From the NCBI GenBank assembly GCA_947632395.1, contig CANRPA010000001.1:23922-87921 (forward strand): DNA of 64,000 bases, read 5' to 3'. The notes beneath the pieces were generated by a model. It was not told where the DNA came from and searched no databases. It saw nothing but the letters and a program-made list of their open reading frames with translations. The DNA is from an uncultured Bacilli bacterium (GTDB lineage: Bacteria; Bacillota_I; Bacilli_A; RF39; UBA660). Shown piece by piece: positions 29,928-40,122 of the stretch. The first letter of the stretch is position 1; the number at the start of each line of letters is the position of its first letter. The position numbers and the translations under genes were made by a program.

Positions 29928-31121
29928 ATGAAAAAAGTTTTAAAAAACTATAGACTTCCATTAATATTACTTATATCTATCATAATAGGTTGTATTATAG
30001 GAAGTATACTTGGTGATAAATCCAGTGTGTTAAAACCATTTGGAACGATATTTGTAAATATGCTTTATGTAGTGGTAGTGCCACTTGTATTCTTTACAAT
30101 ATCAAGTAGTATATCAAATATTAAAAGTTTTAAAAAATTAGGTAAAATATTTTTATCAATGTTTATTGTATTTATAATAACTAGTACGATTGCTGCTGTA
30201 TTCATGTTAATAGGTGTTAAAATAATAAATCCTGCAAGTGGAGTTAATATAACATTAACAGAGGGTGTAAAAGAAACCATAGATTTTGGAAGTAAAGTAG
30301 TAGATATGATAACTGTACCAGATTTTTATATGTTATTTTCAAAAAGTAGTATGTTACCACTCATCATATTTTCATGTATAGTAGGCTTTGCTGTTGGAAT
30401 GTTAAAAGAAGAAAAACAAAGTGTAAGCATAGCACTTAATACTATTTCTAAAATAATGATGAAAGTAATTAATATAATTATGTATTATGCTCCAATAGGA
30501 CTTTGTGCTTACTTTGCTTCTTTAGTTGGAGAATATGGAAAAGAAATTATAGGTAGTTATGCTAAAAGTATGATATTTTACTATGTAATGGCAGTACTTT
30601 ATTACTTTATATTTTATACATTGTATTCTTTTATTGCTAAAGGTAAAAGGGGAGTTAAACGTTTTTTCAAACATGCATTTACTCCAACAGTAACAAGTTT
30701 AGGCACTTGTTCATCTATAGCAAGTCTTCCATCTAATATTGAATGTGCTGAAAAAATGAAAATAGATGAAGATGTATCTCATGCTACGCTTCCAATAGGT
30801 GCAACAATGCATATGGAAGGTTCTGCTATGGCATCCATTCTTAAAATTGCATTCTTATTTACTATATTTGGAAAAAGTTTCACAGGTACTAGTACATTAT
30901 TAATAGCAATACTTATCTCAGTGTTATCAGGTGTTGTTATGTCAGGTATTCCTGGTGGAGGTTTAATAGGAGAGATGTTAATAGTATCACTATATGGATT
31001 TCCACTTGAAGCATTCCCAATAATTGCAACTATAGGTTGGATAGTAGACCCACCAGCTACTTGCCTTAATGTAGTGGGAGATATACCAAGTGCTATGTTA
31101 ATAGAAAAACATGTCGAGTGA
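29928..31121 (+). CDS. dicarboxylate/amino acid:cation symporter (DAACS family)
   Basis: 397 aa with about 8 TM helices plus re-entrant loops. Architecture and motifs match the sodium:dicarboxylate symporter family. Confidence 0.7.
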   Translation: MKKVLKNYRLPLILLISIIIGCIIGSILGDKSSVLKPFGTIFVNMLYVVVVPLVFFTISSSISNIKSFKKLGKIFLSMFIVFIITSTIAAVFMLIGVKIINPASGVNITLTEGVKETIDFGSKVVDMITVPDFYMLFSKSSMLPLIIFSCIVGFAVGMLKEEKQSVSIALNTISKIMMKVINIIMYYAPIGLCAYFASLVGEYGKEIIGSYAKSMIFYYVMAVLYYFIFYTLYSFIAKGKRGVKRFFKHAFTPTVTSLGTCSSIASLPSNIECAEKMKIDEDVSHATLPIGATMHMEGSAMASILKIAFLFTIFGKSFTGTSTLLIAILISVLSGVVMSGIPGGGLIGEMLIVSLYGFPLEAFPIIATIGWIVDPPATCLNVVGDIPSAMLIEKHVE

Positions 31122-31135
31122 CATGTTTTTTTACA
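31108..31135. terminator. bidirectional terminator
   Basis: ACATGTC-GAG-TGACATGT flanked by an A-run and a T-run. It overlaps the stop codon of the symporter gene. Confidence 0.5.
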
Positions 31136-31176
31136 AAAAAAGATAACAATAAAATTAATTATAATAATTTAAAATA

Positions 31177-31878
31177 TTAATCATAATAATCAATTAAAAA
31201 ATCATTATTATTTAACTTTTGTAATTTTTTAGTTTTTTCAAAAACTTCTTTTTTTTCATCGGTTAGTTTTTCTTCTGTACAATCTTCAAATACATCATAA
31301 AAAGAAATATCAAATAATAAAGAAATTGTAGTTATATTAAACATAAATACATCTACTGAATAATCTAAATCATTTTTACTTAAATATTCTAAAACTAATT
31401 TATTTAAATTAGTTGGAGTTTTATTAGATTTATAAATAGAGTCATCAAAATCAATAATTTTTATTTTAGATCTTTTATATAAAATATTAAATGGATTTAA
31501 ATCCATATGTATTAGATTATTTTTATGCATATTTAAAATAATTTTTTTAGCATTTTTTAGCATTTTAATTCTTTCATTTAAATTTAAATCATCTGAATCA
31601 CAAATTGGTGAGTAACCATTTAAATATTTTGTGACATAACCAGAAAATTTATTTTTATCATATACTAAAAACTCTGGAAAAATTAAATTTTTATCCTTAA
31701 TAGTAGATACTGTTTCTAAAGTATTAATTTGTTCTTCACTGAAATTCATAATTTCTTTATATAAAAAAATTTTATCATTAAATATACAAGTATAAAGACC
31801 ATTTTTATTACTAAACATATCACTAGAAGGCATAATACTATTAAGTTCACTTTTATTTACTATTTTCATTCGTTTCAC
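31177..31878 (-). CDS. protein-kinase-like / phosphotransferase-fold protein (APH/ChoK/Kdo-kinase-like)
   Basis: Catalytic-loop-like LIHMDLNPFNIL followed by KIIDFDDS (DFG-like). 233 aa, with no clear glycine loop. Confidence 0.45.
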   Translation of the reverse strand: MKRMKIVNKSELNSIMPSSDMFSNKNGLYTCIFNDKIFLYKEIMNFSEEQINTLETVSTIKDKNLIFPEFLVYDKNKFSGYVTKYLNGYSPICDSDDLNLNERIKMLKNAKKIILNMHKNNLIHMDLNPFNILYKRSKIKIIDFDDSIYKSNKTPTNLNKLVLEYLSKNDLDYSVDVFMFNITTISLLFDISFYDVFEDCTEEKLTDEKKEVFEKTKKLQKLNNNDFLIDYYD

Positions 31879-31948
31879 CTCCTAATTATTATACATTTTA
31901 TAAAATAGTTGTCAAGACTAAAAATAACTATTAATTTTATACTTTTTA

Positions 31949-33250
31949 GTGTATAATAGTCACGAAAGAGGGATTGCTATGTTTATTGATGAAGTAATAA
32001 TAGAACTAAATGCAGGTCGTGGTGGAAATGGATGTATGGCATTTAGGCGTGAAAAATATATTGAAATGGGAGGACCATATGGTGGAAATGGTGGACATGG
32101 AGGAAATATAATTTTCAAAGTTGATGAAGGTCTAAATACACTAATAGATTTAAGATATAAAAAAATATATAAAGCAAGTAATGGTGCGCATGGTGAAGGA
32201 AAAGGTTGCAATGGTAAAAATGCAGAAGATCTTATAATAAAAGTACCACTAGGTACAGTGATAACTGATATAGAAACTAATTTAATAATAGGTGATTTAA
32301 CTAGAAAAAATGATGAGGTTATCGTTGCACAAGGAGGTCGTGGTGGTCGTGGTAATATGGCCTTTGCAACAAAAAATAATCCAGCACCTGCATTTTGTGA
32401 AAATGGGGAACCAGGTGAAGTTAGAAAAGTAAAAGTTGAACTTAAACTTCTTGCAGATGTAGGACTTGTTGGTATGCCAAGTGTAGGTAAATCTACATTT
32501 ATAAGTAAAGTTAGTGCAGCTAAACCTAAAATTGCCGCATATCATTTTACAACTTTAACTCCAAATTTAGGAGTAGTAAGGACAAAAGATAATAGATCAT
32601 ATACAGTTGCAGATCTTCCAGGACTTATTGAAGGGGCTTCACTAGGAGAAGGTCTTGGTGATAAATTTTTAAAACATATTGAAAGAACTAGGGTAATCGC
32701 ACATATAATAGATATGTCTGGCTCTGAAGGAAGAAATCCTTATGATGATTATAAAATAATAAATAAAGAATTAGAAAACTTCAATAAAAAAATAATGGAT
32801 AAACCTCAAATAGTAATAGCAAACAAGATGGATATGAACAACTCTTTAAAAAATTTAGAAGAATTTAAAAAACACGTAAAATGTGACGTATATCCTATAA
32901 GTGCGATAAATGGACAAGGCTTAGATGAAGTATTAATATGTCTTGCAGATATGTTAGAAAAGATAGAAAAACAACCTTTATATGAAGAAGAAAAATTTGA
33001 AAGTCATGTACTTTATAAATTTAAAGAAGAACAACCATTTAAAATAATAAAAGAAGGAGATACTTTTGTAGTTAAAGGTGATGAAATAGAAAGAATACTT
33101 AAAATGACATGGTTTGCTAGTGATGAAGCATTTAAAAGATTCTCTAAAAAATTAGTTAAACTTGGTATAGATGAAAAATTAAAAGAAATGGGTATAAAAG
33201 AGGGAGATATAGTAAGAATACTAGATTACGAATTTGAATACAAAGAATAG
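31949..33250 (+). CDS. obg: GTPase Obg
   Basis: Obg fold with glycine-rich N-domain GRGGNGCMAFRRE...GGNGG, a G-domain (GMPSVGKST, DLPG) and an Obg-CT domain. GTG start. Confidence 0.95.
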   Translation: MYNSHERGIAMFIDEVIIELNAGRGGNGCMAFRREKYIEMGGPYGGNGGHGGNIIFKVDEGLNTLIDLRYKKIYKASNGAHGEGKGCNGKNAEDLIIKVPLGTVITDIETNLIIGDLTRKNDEVIVAQGGRGGRGNMAFATKNNPAPAFCENGEPGEVRKVKVELKLLADVGLVGMPSVGKSTFISKVSAAKPKIAAYHFTTLTPNLGVVRTKDNRSYTVADLPGLIEGASLGEGLGDKFLKHIERTRVIAHIIDMSGSEGRNPYDDYKIINKELENFNKKIMDKPQIVIANKMDMNNSLKNLEEFKKHVKCDVYPISAINGQGLDEVLICLADMLEKIEKQPLYEEEKFESHVLYKFKEEQPFKIIKEGDTFVVKGDEIERILKMTWFASDEAFKRFSKKLVKLGIDEKLKEMGIKEGDIVRILDYEFEYKE

Positions 33251-35069
33251 TTCACAGGATGGTAAAATGAATTACGATTTAAAAATAATAAAGAAAAAAT
33301 ATGGCGAAAATATGATGCATTTATGTAGAACTTTATTTCCAAGTATAATAGAAACTCCAGGCTTACTTTTGAGTATACTTGAATCTAAATTTTCATATAA
33401 CAGATATTTATGTGATGATATAATAAAAAATAATTTGCAAAATGAATTTAAAAATTATATTTATGGTTTAGCAGATATGAAAAAAGAGAAAGAAATAACA
33501 GATAAAAGTGTAAAAGAGTTATTAAATTTAGCTGGATATGATTTTTACGAGTGTAAAACAGAAAAAGATATACAAAAATTTAAAAAATACTTTGCTAATG
33601 GAGAAGAGTTATGTACGTTTAATGGTGGAAGATTAAAAAAATGTTATGTATTTTTTGCTGTAAAGAAAAATGTAGATCAAATAAAAAGAGAAAATTTTTC
33701 TATGCCAAAAAGAGAAGATGATTATGGTACATCAGTAATAAGTATACAATTTACTTATGGTGATTTAAATACATTATCAATAAAAAATAGATATAATCAT
33801 AAAGTCGTTAATCCAGATGCAACATTTTCAAACAATCTAGAAAATATAATTCCAGGTTTAACTTATGCTTTTGAAAAAGAATATAATTTAAATATTGAAT
33901 GTAATGACCCTGATTTTTCAATATTTTGCTATAATTATGCAGGTGCTGAAGGAAAAATATATAAATATAATTATGAAATTAATAATATATACTATTGTCC
34001 AGATAACATAATAATAGATAATTTTAAAGTAATAGATAAATATAAAGAAAAAAGCAGATACTTAATTATAGATTACTTTATACTAGATTTAGTAGAGAAA
34101 AAAATATTTACCTATGAAAATGATAAAGAAATAGAAGATAGTTTTATATCATCTATAGGACAGATTAAAACTATTAATATAGTTAAAACAAATGGTATAA
34201 AAAGAATAAATATCAATGATAAAGTAGTAATTAGTATAGATAGTACAAACAAAATAATTGGTTATACAAATAATGAGATAAAAAAAATCGACGATAAATT
34301 CTTATATTATAATATTTATTTAAATCAAATATGTATAAATAATGTAGAACAAATAGGAGATGATTTCCTATTTTGCAATTTAGATTTAAAAGAAATAAAC
34401 TTAGCTAAAACTAAATATATAGGTAATAATTTTTTACGTTCTAATGAAATATTATATAAATTATATTCACCTAAATTAGAAATTATTGGAAATGATTTTC
34501 TATATAGTAATTTAGAAATTAGTATACTAAATTTACCTAGTTTAAAACTAATAAAAAATAATTTTATTAGTTATAATAAAAAAATATCCAAAATATTTTT
34601 ACCAAAAACTGAAGAAATAGGAAATCGTTTTTTAGAACATAATTTAGGTTTAGAAAATATATACTTACCAAATATCATGAAAATAGGTAATAATTTTATG
34701 AAAAAAAACATAATACTAAAAATAATATACTTACCTAAAGTAATCGAAATAGGTAATGATTTTCTTTTTGAAAATATGGGTGTTTCTATAATAAATTTTC
34801 CTTTATTAAGAAGCATTGGTAATAATTTTTTCTTTTACAACACCAATATCGAAGAAATATTCCTTTCAAAAACAGAAGATATAGGAGATTCATTTGTTTA
34901 TAATATAGAACATTTAAAAATAGTTTATTTACCTAAAATAAAAAAAGTTGGGATTGGCTTTTTAATGAACACAAAGAAAATAGATAAGTTAAAAATTAGA
35001 GAAATAGAAAACAATAATATATTATATCTATGTTCAAATAATGAAAACGCAAAAGTGTATACTAAATAA
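33234..35069 (+). CDS. uncharacterised conserved N-terminal domain fused to BspA-type leucine-rich repeats (paralogue 1)
   Basis: The C-terminal ~260 aa are 21-23-aa repeats of the type L..I..IGNNFL.......I.LP. The N-terminal ~270 aa are shared with the next gene. No signal peptide. The likely true start is the ATG near 33267 (MNYDLKII), which follows AGGATGG. Confidence 0.6.
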   Translation: MNTKNSSQDGKMNYDLKIIKKKYGENMMHLCRTLFPSIIETPGLLLSILESKFSYNRYLCDDIIKNNLQNEFKNYIYGLADMKKEKEITDKSVKELLNLAGYDFYECKTEKDIQKFKKYFANGEELCTFNGGRLKKCYVFFAVKKNVDQIKRENFSMPKREDDYGTSVISIQFTYGDLNTLSIKNRYNHKVVNPDATFSNNLENIIPGLTYAFEKEYNLNIECNDPDFSIFCYNYAGAEGKIYKYNYEINNIYYCPDNIIIDNFKVIDKYKEKSRYLIIDYFILDLVEKKIFTYENDKEIEDSFISSIGQIKTINIVKTNGIKRININDKVVISIDSTNKIIGYTNNEIKKIDDKFLYYNIYLNQICINNVEQIGDDFLFCNLDLKEINLAKTKYIGNNFLRSNEILYKLYSPKLEIIGNDFLYSNLEISILNLPSLKLIKNNFISYNKKISKIFLPKTEEIGNRFLEHNLGLENIYLPNIMKIGNNFMKKNIILKIIYLPKVIEIGNDFLFENMGVSIINFPLLRSIGNNFFFYNTNIEEIFLSKTEDIGDSFVYNIEHLKIVYLPKIKKVGIGFLMNTKKIDKLKIREIENNNILYLCSNNENAKVYTK

Positions 35070-35123
35070 AAATATTGAAAAATATTTTTTTAATTGTTAA
35101 AAAAAGTGATATACTTATAGTAG

Positions 35124-36374
35124 GTGAAAACTATTATGGATGATTTAATAAAAATAAAAAATAAATACGGTGAAGAAATGATGCATTTTGCTCGTAAATC
35201 TTTTCCTGTTATATTAGAGACACCTGGTTTACTTTTTAATTTGTTTGAAACACATTTTGGAAATTATAGATATTTATATAATGATATTGTAGAAAATGAT
35301 TATAAAGCAAATTTCATTGAATATATACATAGTTTAATAGATATAAAAATTGAAAGAGAAAATATGAATAAAACACCACAAGAATTATTAAGTGAAGCAG
35401 GATATAATTTTTATGAATGTAAAACTGAAGAAGAGATACAATCATTTAGAAAGTATTATGAAAAAGATGAAGAACTATGTACATTTAAAGAAGGAAACAG
35501 ATTAGATCAATGTTATGTATTTTTTGCTGTAAAGAAAAATGTAGATCAAATAAAAAGAGAAAATTTTGACTATCCTAGTAGACAAGATGAGTATGGAACA
35601 TCTGTTATAAGTATACAATTTGAAAAGGGAAAATATAATACATTATCAATAAAAAATAGATATAACGACAAAATCGCTAATCCAGATGCAACATTTTCAA
35701 ACAATCTAGAAAATATAATACATGGTTTAACTTATGCATTTGAAGAAACTTATAATTTAAGAATATTTCAAAATGAAAATGTAAATTTTGAATTACCCAA
35801 TTATATAAGAGCAGAAGATGGTAGATTTTATAAATATAATTATGCAATAGATAAAGTATATTATTGTCCAGATAATATAATAATAGATAACAACAAAGTA
35901 ATAAGAGATTATAATTTAGAAAAAGAAAGATATTTAATTATAGATTATTTTATATTGGATTTGCACGAAAAAAAACTAAAGTTATATGATTCGTCAATAA
36001 ACGATGCTTTTTTGAATGATTTTATAGGTATAAGCAAAATAAATATAATAAAATTAGGCGATAAAAAAATAATTAATATAGATGATGGTAATATAATAAT
36101 TGAAATAGATAGAGATAATAGAATAGTAAAATATGTTAATAATAAAGTAAAATATGTTGGAGATATGTATTTATATAGAAATTTATATTTAAAGAGTCTA
36201 ACATTAAATGAGTTGGAATTTGCAGGATTATTTTTCTTAAATACAAATTGTGTTTTAGATGAAATAAATATGCCTAAATTAAAAGCAAAAGGAGAATACT
36301 TTTTATATAGTAATCCTACAATAAGAGATAAAATAATATTTAATGATGATAACGAGAGGAGTAAGGCATGTTAA
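35124..36374 (+). CDS. same N-terminal domain with a shorter LRR tail (paralogue 2)
   Basis: About 50% identity to the upstream gene over the N-domain, sharing ETPGLL, YECKTE, CYVFFAVKKNVDQIKRENF, YGTSVISIQF, NPDATFSNNLENII, YYCPDNIIIDN and RYLIIDYFILDL. The likely start is ATG 35136 (MDDLIKIK). Confidence 0.6.
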   Translation: MKTIMDDLIKIKNKYGEEMMHFARKSFPVILETPGLLFNLFETHFGNYRYLYNDIVENDYKANFIEYIHSLIDIKIERENMNKTPQELLSEAGYNFYECKTEEEIQSFRKYYEKDEELCTFKEGNRLDQCYVFFAVKKNVDQIKRENFDYPSRQDEYGTSVISIQFEKGKYNTLSIKNRYNDKIANPDATFSNNLENIIHGLTYAFEETYNLRIFQNENVNFELPNYIRAEDGRFYKYNYAIDKVYYCPDNIIIDNNKVIRDYNLEKERYLIIDYFILDLHEKKLKLYDSSINDAFLNDFIGISKINIIKLGDKKIINIDDGNIIIEIDRDNRIVKYVNNKVKYVGDMYLYRNLYLKSLTLNELEFAGLFFLNTNCVLDEINMPKLKAKGEYFLYSNPTIRDKIIFNDDNERSKAC

Positions 36375-36631
36375 AAAAATTACAAATAATAAATATAGAT
36401 AGATGCAATTACACATTATTAGATAATGATAATAACCAACATAATGTTAGTATAATTTTTTATGAATTTGACCCTAAATTAAATGATTACATATATATAG
36501 ATGAAAAAATAATAAAGGAAGTAAACATTTATAACTTTGGACCTATTAAAGATAAAAAAATAAATGAAGATGAAATAATAAAAATAACAAGAGGTAAAGA
36601 AGAGTATTATTTACAAAGATATTATGGGTAA
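36368..36631 (+). CDS. small hypothetical protein, translationally coupled to paralogue 2
   Basis: 87-aa ORF whose start overlaps the upstream stop by 7 nt. A terminator follows it. Confidence 0.35.
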   Translation: MLKKLQIINIDRCNYTLLDNDNNQHNVSIIFYEFDPKLNDYIYIDEKIIKEVNIYNFGPIKDKKINEDEIIKITRGKEEYYLQRYYG

Positions 36632-36660
36632 AGTGCTTGAAAAAAGCACCTTTTTTTTAT
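36632..36660 (+). terminator. rho-independent terminator
   Basis: GTGCTT-GAAAAA-AGCAC followed by CTTTTTTTT. Confidence 0.55.
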
Positions 36661-36681
36661 ATAATATTTATGGTGATTTAA

Positions 36682-37407
36682 ATGTTATTTACGTCTATCG
36701 AAAATAAAAAAATTAAAAATATTAAAAAACTAAATACAAAAAAATATAGAGATGAATTTAATAGTTTTTTAATAGAAGGAGAACACTTAGTAGAAGAAGC
36801 ATATAAAAAGAATTATTTAAAAGAATTGATAGTAGAAGAAAATACAAATTTTAGTTTAGATGTAGATACTATTTATGTAACAGAAAATATTTTAAAATAT
36901 ATTAGTGGCTTAGATAATCCTCCTAAAGTAATGGGAATATGTAAAAAAATAGAAGAAAAAGAATTAGGTAATAAAGTAATGATACTTGATGATATTCAAG
37001 ATCCTGGTAATTTAGGTACAATAATTAGGAGTGCAGTAGCATTCAATTTTGATACAATAATACTTAGCAAAAATACAGTAGATTTATATAATACCAAAGT
37101 ACTTAGAGCAACTCAAGGTATGATTTTTAATATAAATATAGTGGTTAAAGACCTACAAAGTTTTATACCTGTACTAAAAAAAGAGAAATATAAAATATAT
37201 GGAACAAAGGTAACAAATGGAAAAGATATAAAAAAACTTGAAAAAACTTTAAAATTTGCTATAATAGTAGGAAACGAAGGAAAAGGGATTAGTTCTGATA
37301 TATTAGATAAATGTGACGAGTATATTTATATAGGCATGAATGAGTCTTGTGAAAGTTTAAATGTTGGGGTTGCTGCTAGTATAATAATGTATGAACTAGG
37401 TAAGTAG
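36682..37407 (+). CDS. TrmH/SpoU-family RNA 2'-O-methyltransferase
   Basis: 241 aa with a SPOUT fold and the motifs GNLGTIIRSA, IIVGNEGKGIS and NVGVAASIIMYE. Confidence 0.75.
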   Translation: MLFTSIENKKIKNIKKLNTKKYRDEFNSFLIEGEHLVEEAYKKNYLKELIVEENTNFSLDVDTIYVTENILKYISGLDNPPKVMGICKKIEEKELGNKVMILDDIQDPGNLGTIIRSAVAFNFDTIILSKNTVDLYNTKVLRATQGMIFNINIVVKDLQSFIPVLKKEKYKIYGTKVTNGKDIKKLEKTLKFAIIVGNEGKGISSDILDKCDEYIYIGMNESCESLNVGVAASIIMYELGK

Positions 37408-37414
37408 GTGTATT

Positions 37415-37900
37415 ATGAATTTAGTATATATAGGAAAATTAGTAAATACTCATGGATTAAAAGGTGAAGTAAAAATTATCAGTGATTTTAAATATAAAAC
37501 TGATATATTTAAAAAAAATAATGAAATAATAATAGATAATAATTCTTATATAATAAATTCATATAGACATCATAAAATATTTGATATGGTAACACTTAAT
37601 AATATTAATTCTATAGAAGAAGCAGAAAAATTAAAAGGATTAAATGTATATATAAACAAAAACAATTATAAATTTGATGGATATTTAGATAGTGATTTAA
37701 TAGGGTTGGATGTTTATGATGATGGTAAATATAAAGGTAAAATAGTAGATATATTTAAAACGGTAAAAAATGATTTATTAGTCATAGATGGAATAAAAAG
37801 ACACATGGTACCAAATATTCCAGAATTTATTAAAAATGTAGACTTAGATAAGAAACAAGTAGAGATAAAATATATAGAGGGATTAGATAATGAAAATTGA
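37415..37900 (+). CDS. rimM: ribosome maturation factor RimM
   Basis: N-terminal IGKLVNTHGLKGEVKI followed by a PRC barrel. Confidence 0.85.
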   Translation: MNLVYIGKLVNTHGLKGEVKIISDFKYKTDIFKKNNEIIIDNNSYIINSYRHHKIFDMVTLNNINSIEEAEKLKGLNVYINKNNYKFDGYLDSDLIGLDVYDDGKYKGKIVDIFKTVKNDLLVIDGIKRHMVPNIPEFIKNVDLDKKQVEIKYIEGLDNEN

Positions 37901-38558
37901 TATTTTAACGCTTTTTCCAAGTATGTTTGATGGATTTATAAATGAGTCAATAATTAAAAGAGCTATAGATAAAAAGTTAGTAGAAATTAATATTTACAAT
38001 ATAAGAGATTATTCTCTTGATCCACATAAGAAAGTAGATGATTATGGTTTTGGAGGAGGTGCTGGAATGGTACTTATGCCTCAACCAATATTTGATGCAG
38101 TAGATGCAATAAAAACTAAAGATTCTAAAATAATTCTTATGACACCTCAAGGAGAAAAATATAATCAAGAAAAAGCATATGCGCTTACACATGAAAAACA
38201 TTTAATAATTATTTGTGGGCATTATGAGGGATTTGATGAGAGAATTAGAAGTATAGTTGATATGGAATTGAGTATAGGTGACTTTGTTCTTACCGGTGGT
38301 GAGATACCTGCAATGGCTATAAGTGATAGTATAATAAGATTAATAGATGGTGTAATAGAAGAAGAATCACATATAAATGATTCGTTTAATAACAATTTAC
38401 TTGATTATCCAGTTTATACTCATCCAAGTGATTTTAGAGGAATGAAAGTACCAGATGTATTACTTTCAGGACATCATGAAAACATAAATAAATGGAGAAA
38501 AAATGAACAGATAAAAAGGACTAAAGAAAGACGACCAGACTTATTAGAAAAGAGATGA
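37890..38558 (+). CDS. trmD: tRNA (guanine37-N1)-methyltransferase
   Basis: MKIDILTLFP, SPOUT knot motifs GGGAGMVL and ICGHYEG. Confidence 0.9.
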   Translation: MKIDILTLFPSMFDGFINESIIKRAIDKKLVEINIYNIRDYSLDPHKKVDDYGFGGGAGMVLMPQPIFDAVDAIKTKDSKIILMTPQGEKYNQEKAYALTHEKHLIIICGHYEGFDERIRSIVDMELSIGDFVLTGGEIPAMAISDSIIRLIDGVIEEESHINDSFNNNLLDYPVYTHPSDFRGMKVPDVLLSGHHENINKWRKNEQIKRTKERRPDLLEKR

Positions 38559-38562
38559 CTTT

Positions 38563-39018
38563 ATGAGCGAAAAACATTATTTTATACATAGAGAAGGAAA
38601 TACAAACGAATTAATATATTTAGACTATAATAAGTTAAAAGGATTTGATTTTTTACCTAAAAACAATATTAAATATGATGGAATTATAGTTAACAAAATG
38701 GTTGTAATAAAGTCATCTATGATAGAAAAAGTATTAAAAAGAAAAATCAAAAGAAAGTTAGAATTATACTTAAAGTTAATAATGAATTTTATAGATAGTG
38801 ATGATTCAACATCATCCGGAACTCTTAGAGAAGCACTTAATGATTTAACAAGATATAAAAATATAATAGATAAAAAGTATAAAAAATACTTAGATGAAAA
38901 ATATTTAAAAATTCTATTAAGGAAGATAGCGCTTTTAGAATATGAAATAAAATCAAAATTAATTATTAATGAATATGAAATTGAACCCGAAGAAAAAACT
39001 ACACATCGAACTAGGTAG
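38563..39018 (+). CDS. hypothetical protein
   Basis: 151-aa lysine-rich ORF occupying the position where rplS usually follows trmD. Confidence 0.35.
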   Translation: MSEKHYFIHREGNTNELIYLDYNKLKGFDFLPKNNIKYDGIIVNKMVVIKSSMIEKVLKRKIKRKLELYLKLIMNFIDSDDSTSSGTLREALNDLTRYKNIIDKKYKKYLDEKYLKILLRKIALLEYEIKSKLIINEYEIEPEEKTTHRTR

Positions 39019-39026
39019 GTGGAAAT

Positions 39027-39833
39027 ATGGTTATATATAAATTAGGTATAAAAGATAGAAAAACATTTGATTTAAGTAGCATAATCACAATAGATGCAAA
39101 AAATAGTCTAACAATGATTGATAAGTTTACAAGTAATTTTGATAGTGAACAAGATTTAAAGAAATATTTGTTAGATAAAAAAATAATAAACAACGAAGAT
39201 TATTATAGTAAAATAAATATAATATATCAAAATAATAAAGTGAATAAAACATTACCAGTGGTTTATTCAAAAGGAAGTAAAATGATAAATATTTTATCAG
39301 TAATAAATAGATTGAATCATTTAATATTTGATGAAGCCAACAAAGAATTTATAAAAGAATTATTAGATTATTATGACTATAATATAGAAAACAACCCTCA
39401 GGCAGGAAATATGTTCAATTTAAAATTAATTTTAAGCGATTTAGAATATTTTGGTAAAGATGCATTAGTTTTTGATAGAAAAATAATAGAAATTACAATA
39501 CAAAGAATTGTAGATGTAGCAGCTCATAAATACGATAAAAAAACTAAGTCACAAAAATTTAATTATAGAGGTTTAAGAGATTTAGCAATGATTATATATA
39601 AATTTGAAGAGTTAGAACAATTAAGAAAAATTAAACACAATTTAGAAGAAGATAACAGTGTTATTAAAGAAAAAAATATAGATAAATTTATATTAAGTAG
39701 TGAAGGAGATCCTGATTTTCCATTTAATTCAGAAGAAGAAAAACAATATTTACGACTTCAAGAACAAGAATATGAGGAATGGTTGGAAAAAATAGAAGAA
39801 GAAACTAAAGAACGTGAAAAAATATTAAAATAA
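39027..39833 (+). CDS. hypothetical protein with an acidic coiled-coil C-terminus
   Basis: 268-aa ORF with no recognisable domain. Confidence 0.35.
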   Translation: MVIYKLGIKDRKTFDLSSIITIDAKNSLTMIDKFTSNFDSEQDLKKYLLDKKIINNEDYYSKINIIYQNNKVNKTLPVVYSKGSKMINILSVINRLNHLIFDEANKEFIKELLDYYDYNIENNPQAGNMFNLKLILSDLEYFGKDALVFDRKIIEITIQRIVDVAAHKYDKKTKSQKFNYRGLRDLAMIIYKFEELEQLRKIKHNLEEDNSVIKEKNIDKFILSSEGDPDFPFNSEEEKQYLRLQEQEYEEWLEKIEEETKEREKILK

Positions 39834-39891
39834 ATAATTGACTTATCAATTTTCTTATATTATAATTTATTTAGAATATGGAGATGTGATT

Positions 39892-40035
39892 ATGGCAAAA
39901 AGAGGCAGACCTAGTAATAAAACATTGCAACAAAGAAAAAAGACTAAACAAAAAAGTGAATTATCTATATTAGTAGCAGTTTTATTTTTAATAATTATCA
40001 TAGTTATAGGATATTTTGTGATGAATAAAGGGTAG
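39892..40035 (+). CDS. small membrane protein with an N-terminal AT-hook-like KRGRPS motif
   Basis: MAKRGRPSNKTLQQRKKTKQK followed by one TM helix. The RBS GGAGATG precedes the internal ATG of the 39838 ORF. Confidence 0.3.
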   Translation: MAKRGRPSNKTLQQRKKTKQKSELSILVAVLFLIIIIVIGYFVMNKG

Positions 40036-40122
40036 TAACTCTTTTTTTCTTTTTTTAAAAAAATACTTTTTCAAATATTGAATATATGCTATAATTAGTA
40101 TGTATGTTTAAAGGAGGATTAT

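Noticed and set aside
33400-33900. ADP-ribosyltransferase-like R / STS / ExE strings in the LRR-protein N-domain
   Set aside because: The spacing between the candidate residues is much shorter than in known ARTs. I treated it as probably coincidental and mention it only as something to test.
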